Assembly: GCF_000315625.1 (NCBI RefSeq)
Contig: NW_005434525.1
Location: 64,282-128,281, forward strand
Direction of reading: 5' to 3'
DNA: 64,000 nt
DNA from: Guillardia theta CCMP2712
Lineage: Eukaryota > Protista > Cryptophyta
This document shows positions 1 to 23,007 of this stretch, piece by piece; position 1 is the stretch's first letter, and each line of letters begins with the position of its first letter. The notes under the pieces are model-generated. The model saw only the letters and a program-made list of their open reading frames with translations. It was not told the origin of the DNA and did no database searches. A program made the position numbers and the translations under genes.

Positions 1-1359
1 CCCTCATACCCTTTAAGAAAAAGTACATCATGATCAGCAGTTGTAATGTACAGACAGTCTGTTGCAGTGGTTGACGTCGATCATTAGGCAGTGCCGTTTC
101 GTCTGAAGTCGCGATCTTCGAGCCTCAGAGAAAAGCACTCGTGCTGCATGAAATGCTTGTCACTTGAATCAATCGATATTGATGGTGTAAAATTCAGCCC
201 CACATTTAAAATACTTTGAGCCAAGAGTAGAGGAGTAGCGTGGAGAGGAGAGGAGAGAACAGGAGGGGAGGGGAGAGGAGGGGAGCAATAAAGGAGATTT
301 GAAGTGAGGTAAGGGAGGTGAAAACATGCTAATGGTGTAATGATGTCAACGAGTTTACCTTTACTTCATATCCAGATGGCCTGCAAGATTTCATGTCACT
401 TGTGAACTCAGAACGAAGAATGTCTGTACCTTAAGATGTTCTCAATCACCATCTGATTCACTTGATCATCATCGACGGAAAGAATCTGTGTGTAAGTCAG
501 TATCGACAGCATGTTCATCATCATCATTCTTCTTCTTCTCCGTATCAAATGTCAATGTCATTGTCATCATCACCATTGCCTTCTACTTCACTCTTCTCAC
601 CTCGTACTTTCCAAACTTGTCAAAATGGAACTTCATGTCTCTCTCCGAGGATTCTGACAACAGCGAGAAATCTGACATGGAAACAAGTTACACATGAACT
701 CAACCCCGACAACTCAAGCACCATCTCCTAGCCTGCACTTAGTGCAAACCATCGCCAAACTTCCTTTGCAGTTCGGGCAAGACTTGTCGTCAACGTGCAG
801 GGTGCGGATCATGTTGAGGTAGGCCTGATGGAAGGAAAGCAACATCACGACAGGACAAACAGACAACGCGATGAGAAGAGCGAAAGCAACATCCATAAAG
901 TCACAACCATCACAATCGGACGATGATAACAGTAGTCCAAGGTTAAGAAAGAGAATTTGTGATGTTCGGCAGGAATTGAAGAGATGCAAGAAAATACAAA
1001 AGATTCCATGTTGAGGCGTATGAAGAAGATATGAATCATTATACACGGCGACAAGAAGAAACCTATCTCCCTCCCTCACCTGATGAGCAGCAACTCGTGG
1101 TTTGCTCAGTTGACCTTCAACGTCCTCTCTCAGCCTCTCAGGAAAATCCTGCAAGCTCACAGTCAGAGCCCCCAACTCCTCTCATACAAGTGCAGACTCA
1201 TGCAAGTTTCACACTCAGTCACAAGATGTTACAACAAAAGAACATACACGTCGAACTGCATGCAAGGGAGAAGACAAGACATCACAACAAGTAGAAAGAA
1301 AGAATCAAAGACATTCCAACATCCATCTCACACAGCAGCACGTCTGCTCCCATCAAAAC

Positions 1360-10760
<9,401 letters not shown>

Positions 10761-11127
10761 GAGATTGACATGTTTGCTCACGTGAGAACGAGAAGAGCAG
10801 AAAGTCAAGGATGAGATAGATACGCACTTACTCCAACCTTCACGCTTCTCTCGAAACAAGTTTCATGGAAGGAACATACACCCACGTCCGGTGAACATTA
10901 CATATTTCCATCAGGAGCAAGTAGGCCCGGACTAATACTCGACAAGCACAAGGTAGGAGGGCCCGGAAAGCAGAGGAGGAAGAGAAGGAGACGAGGACGA
11001 GAGACGTTGGTGGTGGTTAGAGTGTCCTGCAGGGTTCAAACGCTTCACAGGCAAACACTCTCATCATACTCTTCTGAAAGACAAGCTGTGAATAGACGGA
11101 ACTGAGAACAGACAGCAAGCCTGATGG

Positions 11128-14100
11128 TTGAGAAACTTTGAGGAAGAGAAGGAGGAGGAGGAGGAGGAGGAGGAGGAGGCAGCCGAGAGCGTGCGCATGC
11201 GGCAGCTTGTCCACGGGGATATGGAGGAAGATATGCTCGAATCTCTCCACCCTGAGTCGGACTGGAGCCTGAAGAACCCTGCCCTCCTCGAAGAAAGCTT
11301 TGCCAGTGCCAGCTGCGACTCGATGAGGAGGCGGAGGATGGCAGACAAGGCAGCGCTGGTGTACCAGCTGGTGGAGAACATGCTGGTGAAGGAGAACGCA
11401 GAGATACTTGTTTGCAAGGGGCTGGAAGAGGAGGCGGAAACAAAACATCGCCAAGTGGAAGAGAAAGTATCGGAAGTGAATCTCTTTCTTGAGCATGTTC
11501 AGAGAAGAACTGAAGGGGAAATACGAAAGTTGAGACAGGAAACAGAAACGATCTTATCAAGCATGCAGTCTGAAATCAAAGATTTGACCCGAATGAATGA
11601 AACCTTGCAGAATGAGATCAGAACGCAAAAGCATCAGCTTGGTGTGATGAGAAATGAGATGAGAGACAAAGAAAGTCAAATCTGCATCCTGTCAAAGAGC
11701 TGCGTCGATTTTAAGTTTGACATGATGGACACTTCTGAGCTGATAGATCAGCTGGAGGTTCAGTTCGGGTATACCGAGCAAACAGCGTTGAAAGCTAGAC
11801 AACAAATCTTTTGTACAATAGAGAAGGAGAGAGGAGAGCGAGAGAGGAGAGCGAGAGAGCTTGAGAGATGCCAGGTACATGCCTGAACTGCCGCAAACTG
11901 CTCATGACGTGTTGAACGTTAAGGGACAGAAGGAACAGCTCGAGGCTCTGTTGAGAGAAAGAGACGCTATGCAGTCAAATACAAACGAGAGACTGAATGA
12001 CTTGCAAGAGCTGGCTTCAGCAGAGATTCATGATTTGAGACGGAAACTTTCGCTCGCTGAAAATCAGAAGATGGATCTAATGGCAGCGTGGTACCCTACA
12101 CTGCCCCTGCTTTTCGTTGGTAGTGATAAAACTCTCAGGGAAATGGAGAAGATGGAAAATCAAACTGCTCTGGGTGAAACATCTACATGGATAGACAATG
12201 TTGTTCTCGTTTCTTCTTCTCCTGCCTCTACCTCTACCTCTACCTCTACCTCTACCTCTACCTCTGCCTCTGCCTCTACCTCTTCCTCTACCTCTGCCTC
12301 TGCCTCTACCTCTACCTCTACCTCTACCTCTGCCTCTAGCAGCGCCGTGTAAAACTTGTTGAGATCATGGAGGAGGATAGTGTTGACAGTTCCTGACGTT
12401 TGTAAGCAGCTGATGGAAGAAGTGAAAAGGATGCACAGAAGTTTATCTGACTTGCAACACTTACATCTAGAGGTATTCTTCTACCAAACTTGTCAGGATT
12501 TGACCGTCCTTTCAGGCTCAGCACAAACTCGATCAGATTGAGAATTGTCAACACGGTCTTGATTCGACGATGAGGCAATTGCATGTCAGGTTGAGGTAAA
12601 GTGTTGTTCGTGTGCATTGGCGATTTCAAGAGGTTTGATCAGTTTTCTGTCCCACAGTGATTTCCTTCAGAGTGATTCAGCACATGCAAACGACATGACG
12701 GCACTGAAAACAATCTGCGATTCAGAGCGACAACGATCGAAGCAGGCGGAGGAGGAAGCATGTAAACTACTACAACAGGTGCCATTGCTGATCTGATCTG
12801 AGGCTGCACTCTGACTCTTAGGCTTGCAAGATAACAACTCTGCGGGATGACGCCGCCTACCTGCTAGGGGCTCTTTCTACAACGCAGATACATGAATGTG
12901 TTCAGCTCAATCTCCTGCATGTCATCGAAGGCTCTGTCGATCGACTGTCTTGCACTTGTGAGAGAATGTTGGAACGTCAGGTTCTGTTCCTAGCGCAGCT
13001 GGAAAGCGAACGAGTGAACAACGACCGGGAGATCAGGGAAGGGTTGTCAAGGATGAAACTTGAGCTCAAACATTTGAGTGATGGGCTGGCATCTTTCTGC
13101 AATGAAGCCTTGCACGATCAAGATCTGAGGGTTGAAAACTGCAAATTCCATCAGTTGTCTTCATCAATTCTCATCGACATCACTGAACTGCGAGCAGAGA
13201 GTCGGGTGTGTTTGCAAGAGAGTGAAGAGATGGTCCAATCTTACAACAAGAGGTGCAAACAAAAAGCCTTTCTCAGCCACAAGTATCACATCATGATCGA
13301 AAGAAACGAAGACCTCCAGGACAAGTACGACGCCCTGCTGGATCAGCTGCAGCAGATCTCTGAGCAGAGCAGCGTCTTGGCTGCTGTCAGAAGCGTCGGG
13401 GAGGAGGCGAGGCTGCACCGGAGAGCAGCCGGGGCCCTTGCGAGTGCTGGCCCTGGACAAGAAGGAGATGGAGAGGAGGAAAGGAGAGTCCGGGAGTTAA
13501 CTGACAGGGAGTATCAAGTCAGTCAAGTGCTGGACGCGCTAGAGCGATCGGTCAACCGATTGAGCATGTTCAACTTGGACCTTGTAGCCATAACCAACGA
13601 GGTTCTGACTGGCAGGGCGACCAGAGCAGCGGCTGGACACGCCACAACAAGACCAGAAGGAGATGAGAGTTGTGAACATGAAGCTGAGCGACCATGGAGA
13701 ATGGTTGCGGTTGTCATGATGAAATCAAGAGAGAGGACAAGCAAGATGAAGACTTTCTCCTTTCTTCAAATCAATCGCTCAATCAACAAGACGTACAAGC
13801 ATCTGGTCAGGCTCCATCAAGATCGGATCAGCTGGGCCTCTCGCTACTCCGTTCTGCACAACTTGCAAGAGAACGCGGAGAGCAAGAGGTGGAAGCTTCT
13901 CACAGCCGACGTGGATCACCTACATCAAACGATGGAGACCTTGCTTCACGCCCTCTCAACCGTCTCCTTGCATCATAACTCGTCAAACGTCCCCTCCTCC
14001 TCTTCTCTCCCCAAGAAATCATTTGGCTCATCAATCGGTCAAATCTCAGCTGCTGGCTCTGCGTCTCGCAAGGTTGCTCATTCCCCGTTTGACAACTTTT

Positions 14101-14837
14101 TATCCCCATCCCCGTTGGACGTTCCCCGCTACCCTAGCAAGGAGCTCGAGGTCCTGCTGGTGCGCCAGGAGAGGCTCAAGAACAAGAGTGATGCTGTCGA
14201 CAGGGTCAAGTGTGCAAGCTGGAAGAGGAGAAAAGGATCCTTGACAACTGTGCTGGAAAAGCTGCTGAGGAAATTCAGCGACTGGTTGCTGAAAATGACG
14301 GTGAAGGCGTGCAGATGAAATCGCGAGACTGACGAGAAGGTGGCAGATCTTCACAGCACGTTGACTCTCTTACAACAACATCACAACGCTCTCAGGGAAG
14401 ATGTAGACATGAGCAGGCTCGAAGCCGCCAAGGCTAAGGTGGGAGAAGAACACCTTCGACAGGAGCTTGAGGCGGCCCTTGCGCATCATGCAGCGGAGAA
14501 GAGAAGCATGGCTGCTCAGATCGTGAGGATGCGCGAGAAGGTTGAGAAGGAAAGCACTGGGGAGGTGAGGCAGGTCAGAGAAGAACTGAACAAACAGATC
14601 GACCACAACAGAGAACTGCTCGATGAGCTCGAGTCAGCCATCGTTAGCAACCACAAGCTGCAGCAAGCCAACCACACCCTCGACCATATCCTTTCGCGGC
14701 TAAGAGACGAGCTCACTTCGCTCAAGTCAGCCATGGTGCATGCTGTGGACGACCATGCTGGCAAGAATAGTCTTGAAGCCTTGCTTGGCACCATCGATCG
14801 ATTTCTTGACGAAGCTCAGGCGCTGTTGGTTGAATGA
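11128..14837 (+). CDS. Multi-exon coiled-coil protein of unknown function
   Basis: Consecutive E/K/Q/L-rich ORFs (11128-11886, 11861-12352, 12966-14318, 14340-14837) with heptad-like composition, linked by short GT-AG introns. Confidence 0.65.
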
Positions 14838-14906
14838 AGCCTGTTCACTCTCCTTCTTCATGTTACGCCTCTTCTTCCCTCATCTGTTCCTTGCTCGACC
14901 CATGTA

Positions 14907-15103
<197 letters not shown>

Positions 15104-15372
15104 CCTCCNNNNNNNNNNNNNNNNNNNNNNNNNNNNNNNNNNNNNNNNNNNNNNNNNNNNNNNNNNNNNNNNNNNNNNNNNNNNNNNNNNNNNNNNNNNN
15201 NNNNNNNNCCCCATCATCATCCAGACTACCTTAGTCTTCCCAACTTGTTCTTCATCTTTCAGATCCCTGTACAAGAGGTACCCCGAAGAACATCTTCATC
15301 CACCTTCTCAGACGATGGGAGGAACCGGAGATGTCCATGTCGGGGCAGATGAGCCTGTTCGGCGGTCTCGCT

Positions 15373-15426
<54 letters not shown>

Positions 15427-16153
15427 CTCCTCCTCCTCCCTCCCTCCCTCCCTCCCTCCCTCCCTCCCTCCCTCCCTCCCTCCCTCCCTCCCTCCCTCCC
15501 TCCCTTCCTCTCCCCTCCTTCGTCTCCCCCTCCCTCCCTTCACGCTGGCTAGTCAAATGTGAAAGCTGGATTGACCTGTTTAGAAAACACCCCACCGTTA
15601 CTTACCTTAGTGACTACCCTACCCTATCTTTGACCTTGCAATCCATATCGAACGTAGGGGTAACGACAAGAAACCTGATTGGAAGAATTCGCCCAAAGAA
15701 AGGGTGGGGTGGGAGTGGTCAGTTGGCCATGGCGAACACAAGCAGCAAGCATGGCGAGCAAGAGCAGGAGAGGGAGAGGGAGAAGCAGGAAGCGAAAGCA
15801 GCAGCAGCAGATGTAGCAGGAGAAGGAGAAGCAGCACGACTAGGAGTAGCAGGAGTAGGAGTAGGATCAAGGAACGAACATATAACACAAGAACAACAGG
15901 CGGCCATGTCGAGAAATTCATTCGTAAACTCACGCGGAAACCAGTCTAGACAGGTTACAGGGACGGGGATGAGGATGTGAAAAGATGAAACAAGGAAGAA
16001 ATAACAGAGGAAACAGCACGAAAACTATTCCTCTGTCTCTCCATATGTCATGTAGTGCAGTTTGATTTAACCAATGTCCACATCACAGGACATGGAACAA
16101 TAGCTCCATGAGCGATACAGTCACGAGCGTAAGGAGAGCAAGGGATCTACGGC

Positions 16154-18191
16154 ATGATGAGTTGGTCTTCGAGAGGATTCGTTTCCCTCCTGTCGTTGCT
16201 CCTGGTCGGCCTCATAATGTCAGTAGGTGAGTGATGGGAGATTTGAATCAATGTCAGCTTCTCTTGATTGCCTTGCAGACGCAGAGCTCAATTACACCAC
16301 CACCACCACCACCACCACCACAACAACAACAACAACAACAAAATTCACATCGACAACAACAGCAACACTCTCTTCCACTCCTTCAACGTCATCTCCATTC
16401 ATCGAAACCTCAGCTCCTTTCTCTATCCCCACAAGCTCTACACTTCCTCCTGCCTCAACCCCTCTCCCTGTCGGAAAGTGTGGCGACGGTCGGCTGGATA
16501 GCGGCGAGGAGTGCGACGACGGGAACGCGGAGGACGGGGACGGTTGTAGCCGTGAGTGCAAGGTGGAAGGGTCGATATGGACGTGCACTGGACAGCCGTC
16601 ATCGTGTCTTCTCAACGTCGTCGCTGCCTTCACCCACCTGGAGCTGAGAGGAGAACACCAGATCCCCAACGCGAGGAACAGAGTGCGGGTCATCATCGCC
16701 TGCAACGTCGAGCTCCAAAACCTCTCGCGCGTCACCTTGACGGGTCTTACCAGCTCGTCAAACCTCGCTGAGGTTCAGATCTCCGGGCAGAACCTCGTCA
16801 GCCCAGCTCCATGGCAGCCAGTCGCTGGCCAGCTGCTGCTGACCCTGTCAAGTGACATCCTCCTGCCCAACGTGCTGTTGGCATTCGAGATGATGATCGA
16901 CAACCCGCCGCAAACTCTTGACAACGTGACCGTGAGCTGCTCGGGCTGCTCAAAGATTCCTTCAATCTCCAGGTTGCAGCTGGCGGGAAAGGCTGCAGTC
17001 CTCTTCGTGACCCCCCCAGTTGCCCCATCGTGCTCGGTTTCTCAGCTCTTCGGCTCTGCATGTCAATATAAATGTTACGGTGTCATCTCAGGCTCCCAGT
17101 GCCTCTGCCTCGTGGACCATTTCGGATTTGACTGCAGTCAAATCGCCATCAAGGACGCCAGTCTCTCAGCTGCCCCTGTGCGGGCTACAGCTGGGGTCAA
17201 GACAGTCGTGCAGTCACAGCTTGGCACTGGCGTCGAGGTCCCTCCAGGCGCTCTCGATGCTGATGCCTTCATCTCAATGGACGTGTTTGACGTGCTTGTC
17301 AAGGTTGCACAGGGGGAGGAGGCAGTTCCAGTCGGGCCGGTGGCTGTCTTTCAGCCGGAGGGGCTGACTTTCAAGGCTCCTGTCAAGATGGCTCTCTCGC
17401 TCAACTCCTCCCTCGTGCCCACAGGAAAAAAAGTGTCAATCTGCTTCAGCAAGGCTACAGCAAGTTTGCCGACATGGGAGTGTCTCGATGGAAGCTGGCA
17501 AGTGGGAGGTACTGTCTTCGCGTACACCACTCACTTCTCCATGTACTCAGCGATGGCTGTCAAACAGCAAGTAGCTCCTTTGCCGCAGGAGAAAGTCGTC
17601 CCGTACCTCCCATCGCCACTACTCTCTGTTCCTCCGTCTCAAGTCTCGAAGCCCAACATTGACGTCACCCTGACGCTCCCGATGTCTCAGTCAACCTTCA
17701 ACGAGGAGAAGGAGGAGCTGCGTTACGTGCTAGCTGTGACTCTCCGACTGCCCGTCCAGCTCGTTGGCAACGCGTCATCTGCCGGGTCAGGCTCCGGCAA
17801 CGCTCAGCTGGACTCTTCCCTGGTGATCAAGCTACAGGTCGAGAGCAACGACACTACGACAACGCTGAGGAGATGTGACCTAGTCACCATCAACCCCGTC
17901 CTCTCCCTCTACTCTCTTCCTAACGCCACATCTCTGCAGTGCAGCCTGACCGGCCTCTCCCTGCTCGATCAGCCCATGGCTCTTGTCTTGATCGTGCTTG
18001 GGGCTGTCCTCGGTGTCGTCCTGCTCTTCTTGCTGTGGGTGTTCAGGCGGAGGGTCTTCTGGAGGCTCAAGAGGACGCAGAGGGTTTCACCGCAAGCCGA
18101 CAAGTCCGACGATAAGGATGACATGGAGCAGGGGCCTGCCGGCAGCACGGCGGACGAGGAACAGCCAGCGCTGCGATCTGTTGTGCCTTAG
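16154..18191 (+). CDS. Type I membrane protein: signal peptide, Thr-rich stalk, myxococcal-type Cys-rich repeat, EGF-like motif, ZU5/GPS-like domain, TM helix
   Basis: ATG at 16154 gives MMSWSSRGFVSLLSLLLVGLIMSV. A GTGAGT...TTGCAG intron (16227-16278) splices it in frame to the 654-aa ORF. Motifs: CGDGRLDSGEECDDGNAEDGDGCSRECKVE, CLCLVDHFGFDC, VEVPPGAL...GPVAVFQPEGLTFKAPV...TTHFS, and a hydrophobic helix followed by RRR. Confidence 0.8.
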
Positions 18192-18199
18192 AGGCTTAC

Positions 18200-18390
18200 A
18201 GTCATAGCGCTAGCCTGTGACTGATGATGAATACAGTCATAGTTCTGGTGACTGATGTTGATGAAAACAGTCATCGGCAGTGAGTGCTGGTGACTGATGT
18301 GAATACAGTCACGGCATAGTGCTAGTGACTGATCGGATACTATGATGAATTGAGTAAAGATATGAATACAGTCATAGTGCTAGTGACCGT
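18200..18390. repeat. Degenerate minisatellite, about 5 units of TAGTGCTGGTGACTGATGATGAATACAGTCA
   Basis: Repeated units, each with an internal TGACTG...CAGTCA inverted pair. Confidence 0.7.
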
Positions 18391-20027
18391 TGTTTTCTGA
18401 GCCTCTGTACCGTACCGTAGTAGTACTACTGAGTCTGTACGGTAGTAGCTGGAAATTGGAAGCAGAATAGGTGAACGAATGGATGGTTGGCCCGCGCCGC
18501 GGCCGATGGCATTGAAAGCCATTCTGCAGTTACGATCCGTTACAATCATCACACAGGGAATTGACCGGCAACCGCCTCCTCTAAAACTATTTTATTAATA
18601 TAAGTATTTTTATTTGTCAGGCGGATCGTGACTCCATCACAGTTTTCCTCCTGACCCTACCCCCACATTTCCCTCAAAATCAGGGGTACTTGAACATTTT
18701 GAAGAGTGCAAAAATACTTTTGACTACCCCACCCTTTCTCTACCAGTTCAATGAAGTACTCAAGATAGTACAACCCCCTTCTGGTGTGGGAGATTCCATG
18801 GACTACCCCCTGGTCATAAATAAGGTTGAAGTTCTCCTGGGGAACGGACCCGTCCAATCACTTTAAGGCTACCTACCCCACCCTCCATCATATCCTGTGA
18901 TTGATTTCAATTCGGAAACGCATTTGGAACCGGAAGACTTGAATATTTTAGATAACTTTCTCACTAAGTTTTGAAACTTTCATTGAATATTTGAAATTTT
19001 CTATGGAACTTCACCCTCTTTTTCGGAATTCCGGACACACGATCAAGGTCAAGCGACCGGGTGAGGGTGGTACAAGGGTAGGGTCCCAATTCTTGACGCC
19101 GCCCCCACATCAGAAAAGGTAGGGTGAATTTGAGAGAACTATAGGGGTGGTCAGACGGGGAGGGGGTGGGATCTAGGTGGGTGATGGGGTACCTGGATTT
19201 GAGGAGAAACGAAGAATGCAGATGGTCGGAAGAAGCGTGGAGGAGAGCAGTGAGAGGGAAGAGGAGGAGAGGAGGAGAGGAGGAGGGGAGGAGGGGAGGA
19301 GAGGATGAGTGAAATTATGTTGGGAATGTCAACATGAGACCACCAGGAATAGAGATGCCAAGAAAGATGGAGGGAAGTTGCGAAGGAAAGAGTCAACTCG
19401 AACAGTCGCTGAGTTGAGAAAGATGAAGGGACGGACGGCAAACCAACAGGTAGTCAGGCAAGAAGACGAAGAATCGGACAGAATCGTTTGGACGAGAGAA
19501 TCAATGTTGGTTGATAGCAATAGGAGAAGAGAGAATCAATGTTGGTTGATAGCGATAGGAAAAGAGAGAATCTATGTTGGTTGATCGCGATAGGAGAAGA
19601 GAGAATCTATGTTGGTTGATCGCGATAGGAGAAGAATTTTGGTGGAGTCGAGTAGACGAAGTGAAACTAGGAGTTTTTCACTCGGACGTGGGTAGTATGG
19701 AAGGATGGTTGTGTGAGGAATGAAATGAAGTTGATTGCTTCGACGGAGTAGATGAATATCTGGATTGAAATATAAAAATCACGATAGCAAAGATGTTGCG
19801 AGAAGATGCATTGATGACCTTTCATTCCTGTTGTTACTGAATGCACGTTGCTGATGTTGAGCTGATACAATGTTCATGTTGTAGATTCATTAGTAGTTGG
19901 TATTTGCTGACATGACGAGATGTTTCAGGTCTGTGCCATGGAGCACTGGGAGTATACATCGAGGCTGTCTGGAAGTATTTGACTTCTTCTGAGAAATCGA
20001 TCGTCGACTGTTGGCTTAGCTGTTGAC

Positions 20028-22682
20028 ATGCCGCTGCATTCTCTCCCGCGCTCCTTATGCCTCGTTGCCATCTTAGCTGCATCCGCCATGACATTCTTCT
20101 ACAAGGACATGTACAGAGTGAAGCTGTTCACACAGTTTGTGCAGATGATCGCCGGATGTTTTGGAGCACTTATCTGTTTCCTCCGGCTGATGAAGGAGCG
20201 AGACATGTACTTGGAAGCTAAGCAGACGTTGCGGATCGCAGACGAGAGCCGCAAGCTAGTCCACTCGCTGATACCAGAGAATGTGATGACGAAGCTGGTG
20301 CATCATGGCAATGCTGGAGAATTCCTGGGTGCGAACATCCCCTTCTGCATCGTCATGTTCTGCTCTCTCGGCCCCCAGCACCTCCTCAAGTCCAAGACCT
20401 CTGCTGAGATCTTCGAGATCCTCGACCAGGTCTTCGAGAAGTTCGACGACGCAGTCGACCATCACGGCATGTACAAGTATCAGAACGTCGGCGACTGGTA
20501 CATCATCATGTGCCCTCGGGCAGCGAGGCCCTTCGACCAGAAGCTTCAGGCGGAGCCCTACCCGAGGAGTCACGTCCGGAGCATGGTCCACCTCGCCGCT
20601 GACCTCATCGGCATCGCCAAGAAGCATGATATCCAAGGAACAAAGCTCAACCTCAAGATCGGGATGCACTGTGGGCCTGCAGCTGGGGCTGTGGTCGGTT
20701 CCCACAGAGCCTTCTACTGTGTCTACGGCGACACGACCAACACGGCAGCGCGCATGTGCAAGTACGCGGCAGCGAACCAGATCCTGTGCACGTGCTCGTT
20801 CGCCAAGATCGCCGGGGGCTGCAAGGGGCTGCCGTTCGCGTTCGAGGCCAAGGGAATCATCTCAGTGAAGGGGAAGGGAGCTATGGAGCTGTTCGAAGTG
20901 AACGCGCGAGGCAGCGGCAACGTAGGGAAGGAGATGAAGAGGACCTTTACGCGCACGGTGAGCGTGCCGAACCCCTCGGAGAAGTGCGTCATGTTCAACA
21001 AGGAGCAGACGGTCCAGCTGGATGACATCAAGCCTACCTGGTTGGGATCCACCGCTGAGGAGGTGGCGGAGGAGACTGGGAGCAGCGGAGGACAGGGAGG
21101 GATCTCGAGCGACACGATTCCCTTCTGGACAAACTTCTCTGACTCGGATACTGAGGTCAGGTTCCTCCTTGATCAGGCGCGTGACCACTGGCTGTCCATC
21201 TCCGTTGGAGTGATTGTCCACGGATACGCCTTCCTAGCCGCCGTGGAGGACGCCATCTCAGCGCAGAGCTTGCAGCCCATTCACTACTTCACCCTCTACC
21301 TGCAGATTGCTTTGATCCTCGACTACTTCCTCTTCGTCCTCTTCTACATGATGCCGGAGCTTCAGTTCTGCCACAAGTTCGGTCACACGATCTTCTCGCT
21401 GCAGCTCATCGTCGCGGTCTCGAACGTCTTGGTCGGCGTCCAGTTTCGCCTGCTCCTCTGCTTTTACTCCATCATCCAGTACTCTATCATTAACGTCGTT
21501 CTGACAGAATTCAAGAAGACCGACGCGGTCGCCGCCCTGATGTTTGTGGTGACTGCGCTGCTTCCCAGCTACAGGAGGGACCACGACTTCATTCTGCTCA
21601 CCTCGTTGGCCGCGCTCACTTTGTCTCTCATCCTCACAATCTGGAAGTCCAAGTGCCTGGTGTACAACGAGAGGGTTCGCTATCAGTACTACGAGTTCAT
21701 CGAGCTGGAGCTGACCAGGATGAAGGAAGTGATCTACGACCTCGTGCCCTCCAACATCGTTCACCAGATGATCCGCAACACGCTGAAGCTTCCCTGCACC
21801 ATGAGGAGAGCCGTTGTCCTCCAGCTCGACATCTGCAACTTCACAAGGATGTCGCAGGGAAGTTCAGCCATGGAGATCGCGCAGATGGTGCACAAACTGT
21901 TCTCCAGCTTCGATCAGGCGGTGATGAAGTACAAACTCTTCAAGATCGACACGGTCGGGGACGCCTACATCGTTGCTGGATGGCTGCCCTGCGACAGTGA
22001 CTGGTCCATGAAGGAGGAGACGAGAGCTTCTTGCTCCTCCATTCTCAACCTCGCGCGCCTGATGCTGAGGGCTCTACGCAAGCATAACAGGGAGAGAGGA
22101 GGGAAGGAGGAGCTTAGCTGCCGTGTCGGCATAGCGGTGGGTCTGGTGGCGTCGGGGGTGCTGGGGAGGAGACACTCGCGGTTCTACGTGGTGGGGCAGG
22201 CGATGAGGGAGGTCGACCTGCTGGAGCAGACGGCCCTGATCAACAACGTTCACGTCAGTGACAAGTTCATGCACGGCCTCGGCTTCCTCCTCTCCTCCTC
22301 CTCCTCCCACCATCACGACGACCGCGGGAGGTCGCCGCTGTCGGAGAGAGCCAGAAACCGCTGCAGGAGCGTGTCTCCCGTGCGAGCTCGGGAGGTGGAG
22401 CGGCACAAGGACGTGAAGGTGGAGGTGAAGAGGTCGAGGGGACGGAGGAAGAGCACAGCACAGCTCGAGTCGTTCAACCAGACAGCATGGACGCTCGAGA
22501 AGGAGTACGGGTGGACATGCACGGACTCGCCGTCATCGTCGAGGTTCGAGCAGGCGGTGCGGGAGCATCGCTTCGAATTCACCAGGGACGTCGTGGAGAA
22601 AACGAGGAACCTTGACGCGCCGATGCAGACAAGCTACATGCTCTCTTGCCGCTCCCTCGACGACAACCTCCAGGGCTCCTGA
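20028..22682 (+). CDS. Membrane nucleotide (probably guanylyl) cyclase with TM-CYC-TM-CYC architecture; further 5' exons likely
   Basis: 884-aa ORF. Domain 1: YKYQNVGDWY...IGMHCGPAAGAVVG...FYCVYGDTTNTAARM...VKGKG. A multi-TM block follows. Domain 2: LQLDICNFT...FKIDTVGDAYI...RVGIAVG. Confidence 0.9.
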   Translation: MPLHSLPRSLCLVAILAASAMTFFYKDMYRVKLFTQFVQMIAGCFGALICFLRLMKERDMYLEAKQTLRIADESRKLVHSLIPENVMTKLVHHGNAGEFLGANIPFCIVMFCSLGPQHLLKSKTSAEIFEILDQVFEKFDDAVDHHGMYKYQNVGDWYIIMCPRAARPFDQKLQAEPYPRSHVRSMVHLAADLIGIAKKHDIQGTKLNLKIGMHCGPAAGAVVGSHRAFYCVYGDTTNTAARMCKYAAANQILCTCSFAKIAGGCKGLPFAFEAKGIISVKGKGAMELFEVNARGSGNVGKEMKRTFTRTVSVPNPSEKCVMFNKEQTVQLDDIKPTWLGSTAEEVAEETGSSGGQGGISSDTIPFWTNFSDSDTEVRFLLDQARDHWLSISVGVIVHGYAFLAAVEDAISAQSLQPIHYFTLYLQIALILDYFLFVLFYMMPELQFCHKFGHTIFSLQLIVAVSNVLVGVQFRLLLCFYSIIQYSIINVVLTEFKKTDAVAALMFVVTALLPSYRRDHDFILLTSLAALTLSLILTIWKSKCLVYNERVRYQYYEFIELELTRMKEVIYDLVPSNIVHQMIRNTLKLPCTMRRAVVLQLDICNFTRMSQGSSAMEIAQMVHKLFSSFDQAVMKYKLFKIDTVGDAYIVAGWLPCDSDWSMKEETRASCSSILNLARLMLRALRKHNRERGGKEELSCRVGIAVGLVASGVLGRRHSRFYVVGQAMREVDLLEQTALINNVHVSDKFMHGLGFLLSSSSSHHHDDRGRSPLSERARNRCRSVSPVRAREVERHKDVKVEVKRSRGRRKSTAQLESFNQTAWTLEKEYGWTCTDSPSSSRFEQAVREHRFEFTRDVVEKTRNLDAPMQTSYMLSCRSLDDNLQGS

Positions 22683-23007
22683 AGCTTCCGCGCTTGCCGG
22701 CCACTCTCCTCCTCCTCCTCTTCCTCCTCCTTCTCTTCCTCCTCCTCCTCAGCTCCCACCCACCCATCCCTTCTCAGGTCTCTGCCATCTCGTTTCTGCT
22801 GTATTCTCACAGTTACCTCCTCTGTCCTGGATTGCTGTACAAGTAAAAGGAAGGGGATGAGATTGTTTGAATTCAAAACATGTTCATAACATGACAAAAA
22901 CAAAATTAAGTCAAGTTGTCTTAAACTTGCATCTTCACACTTGGTAGTCCTTCATGTCAGTTGTGTCCTCCTCCTGGTTCCCAGCATCCCTACAGGCTCC
23001 TCTGCAT

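Noticed and set aside
18200-18390. Hammerhead ribozyme suggested by CTGATGA
   Set aside because: No stem II followed by GAAA; the region is a palindromic minisatellite.
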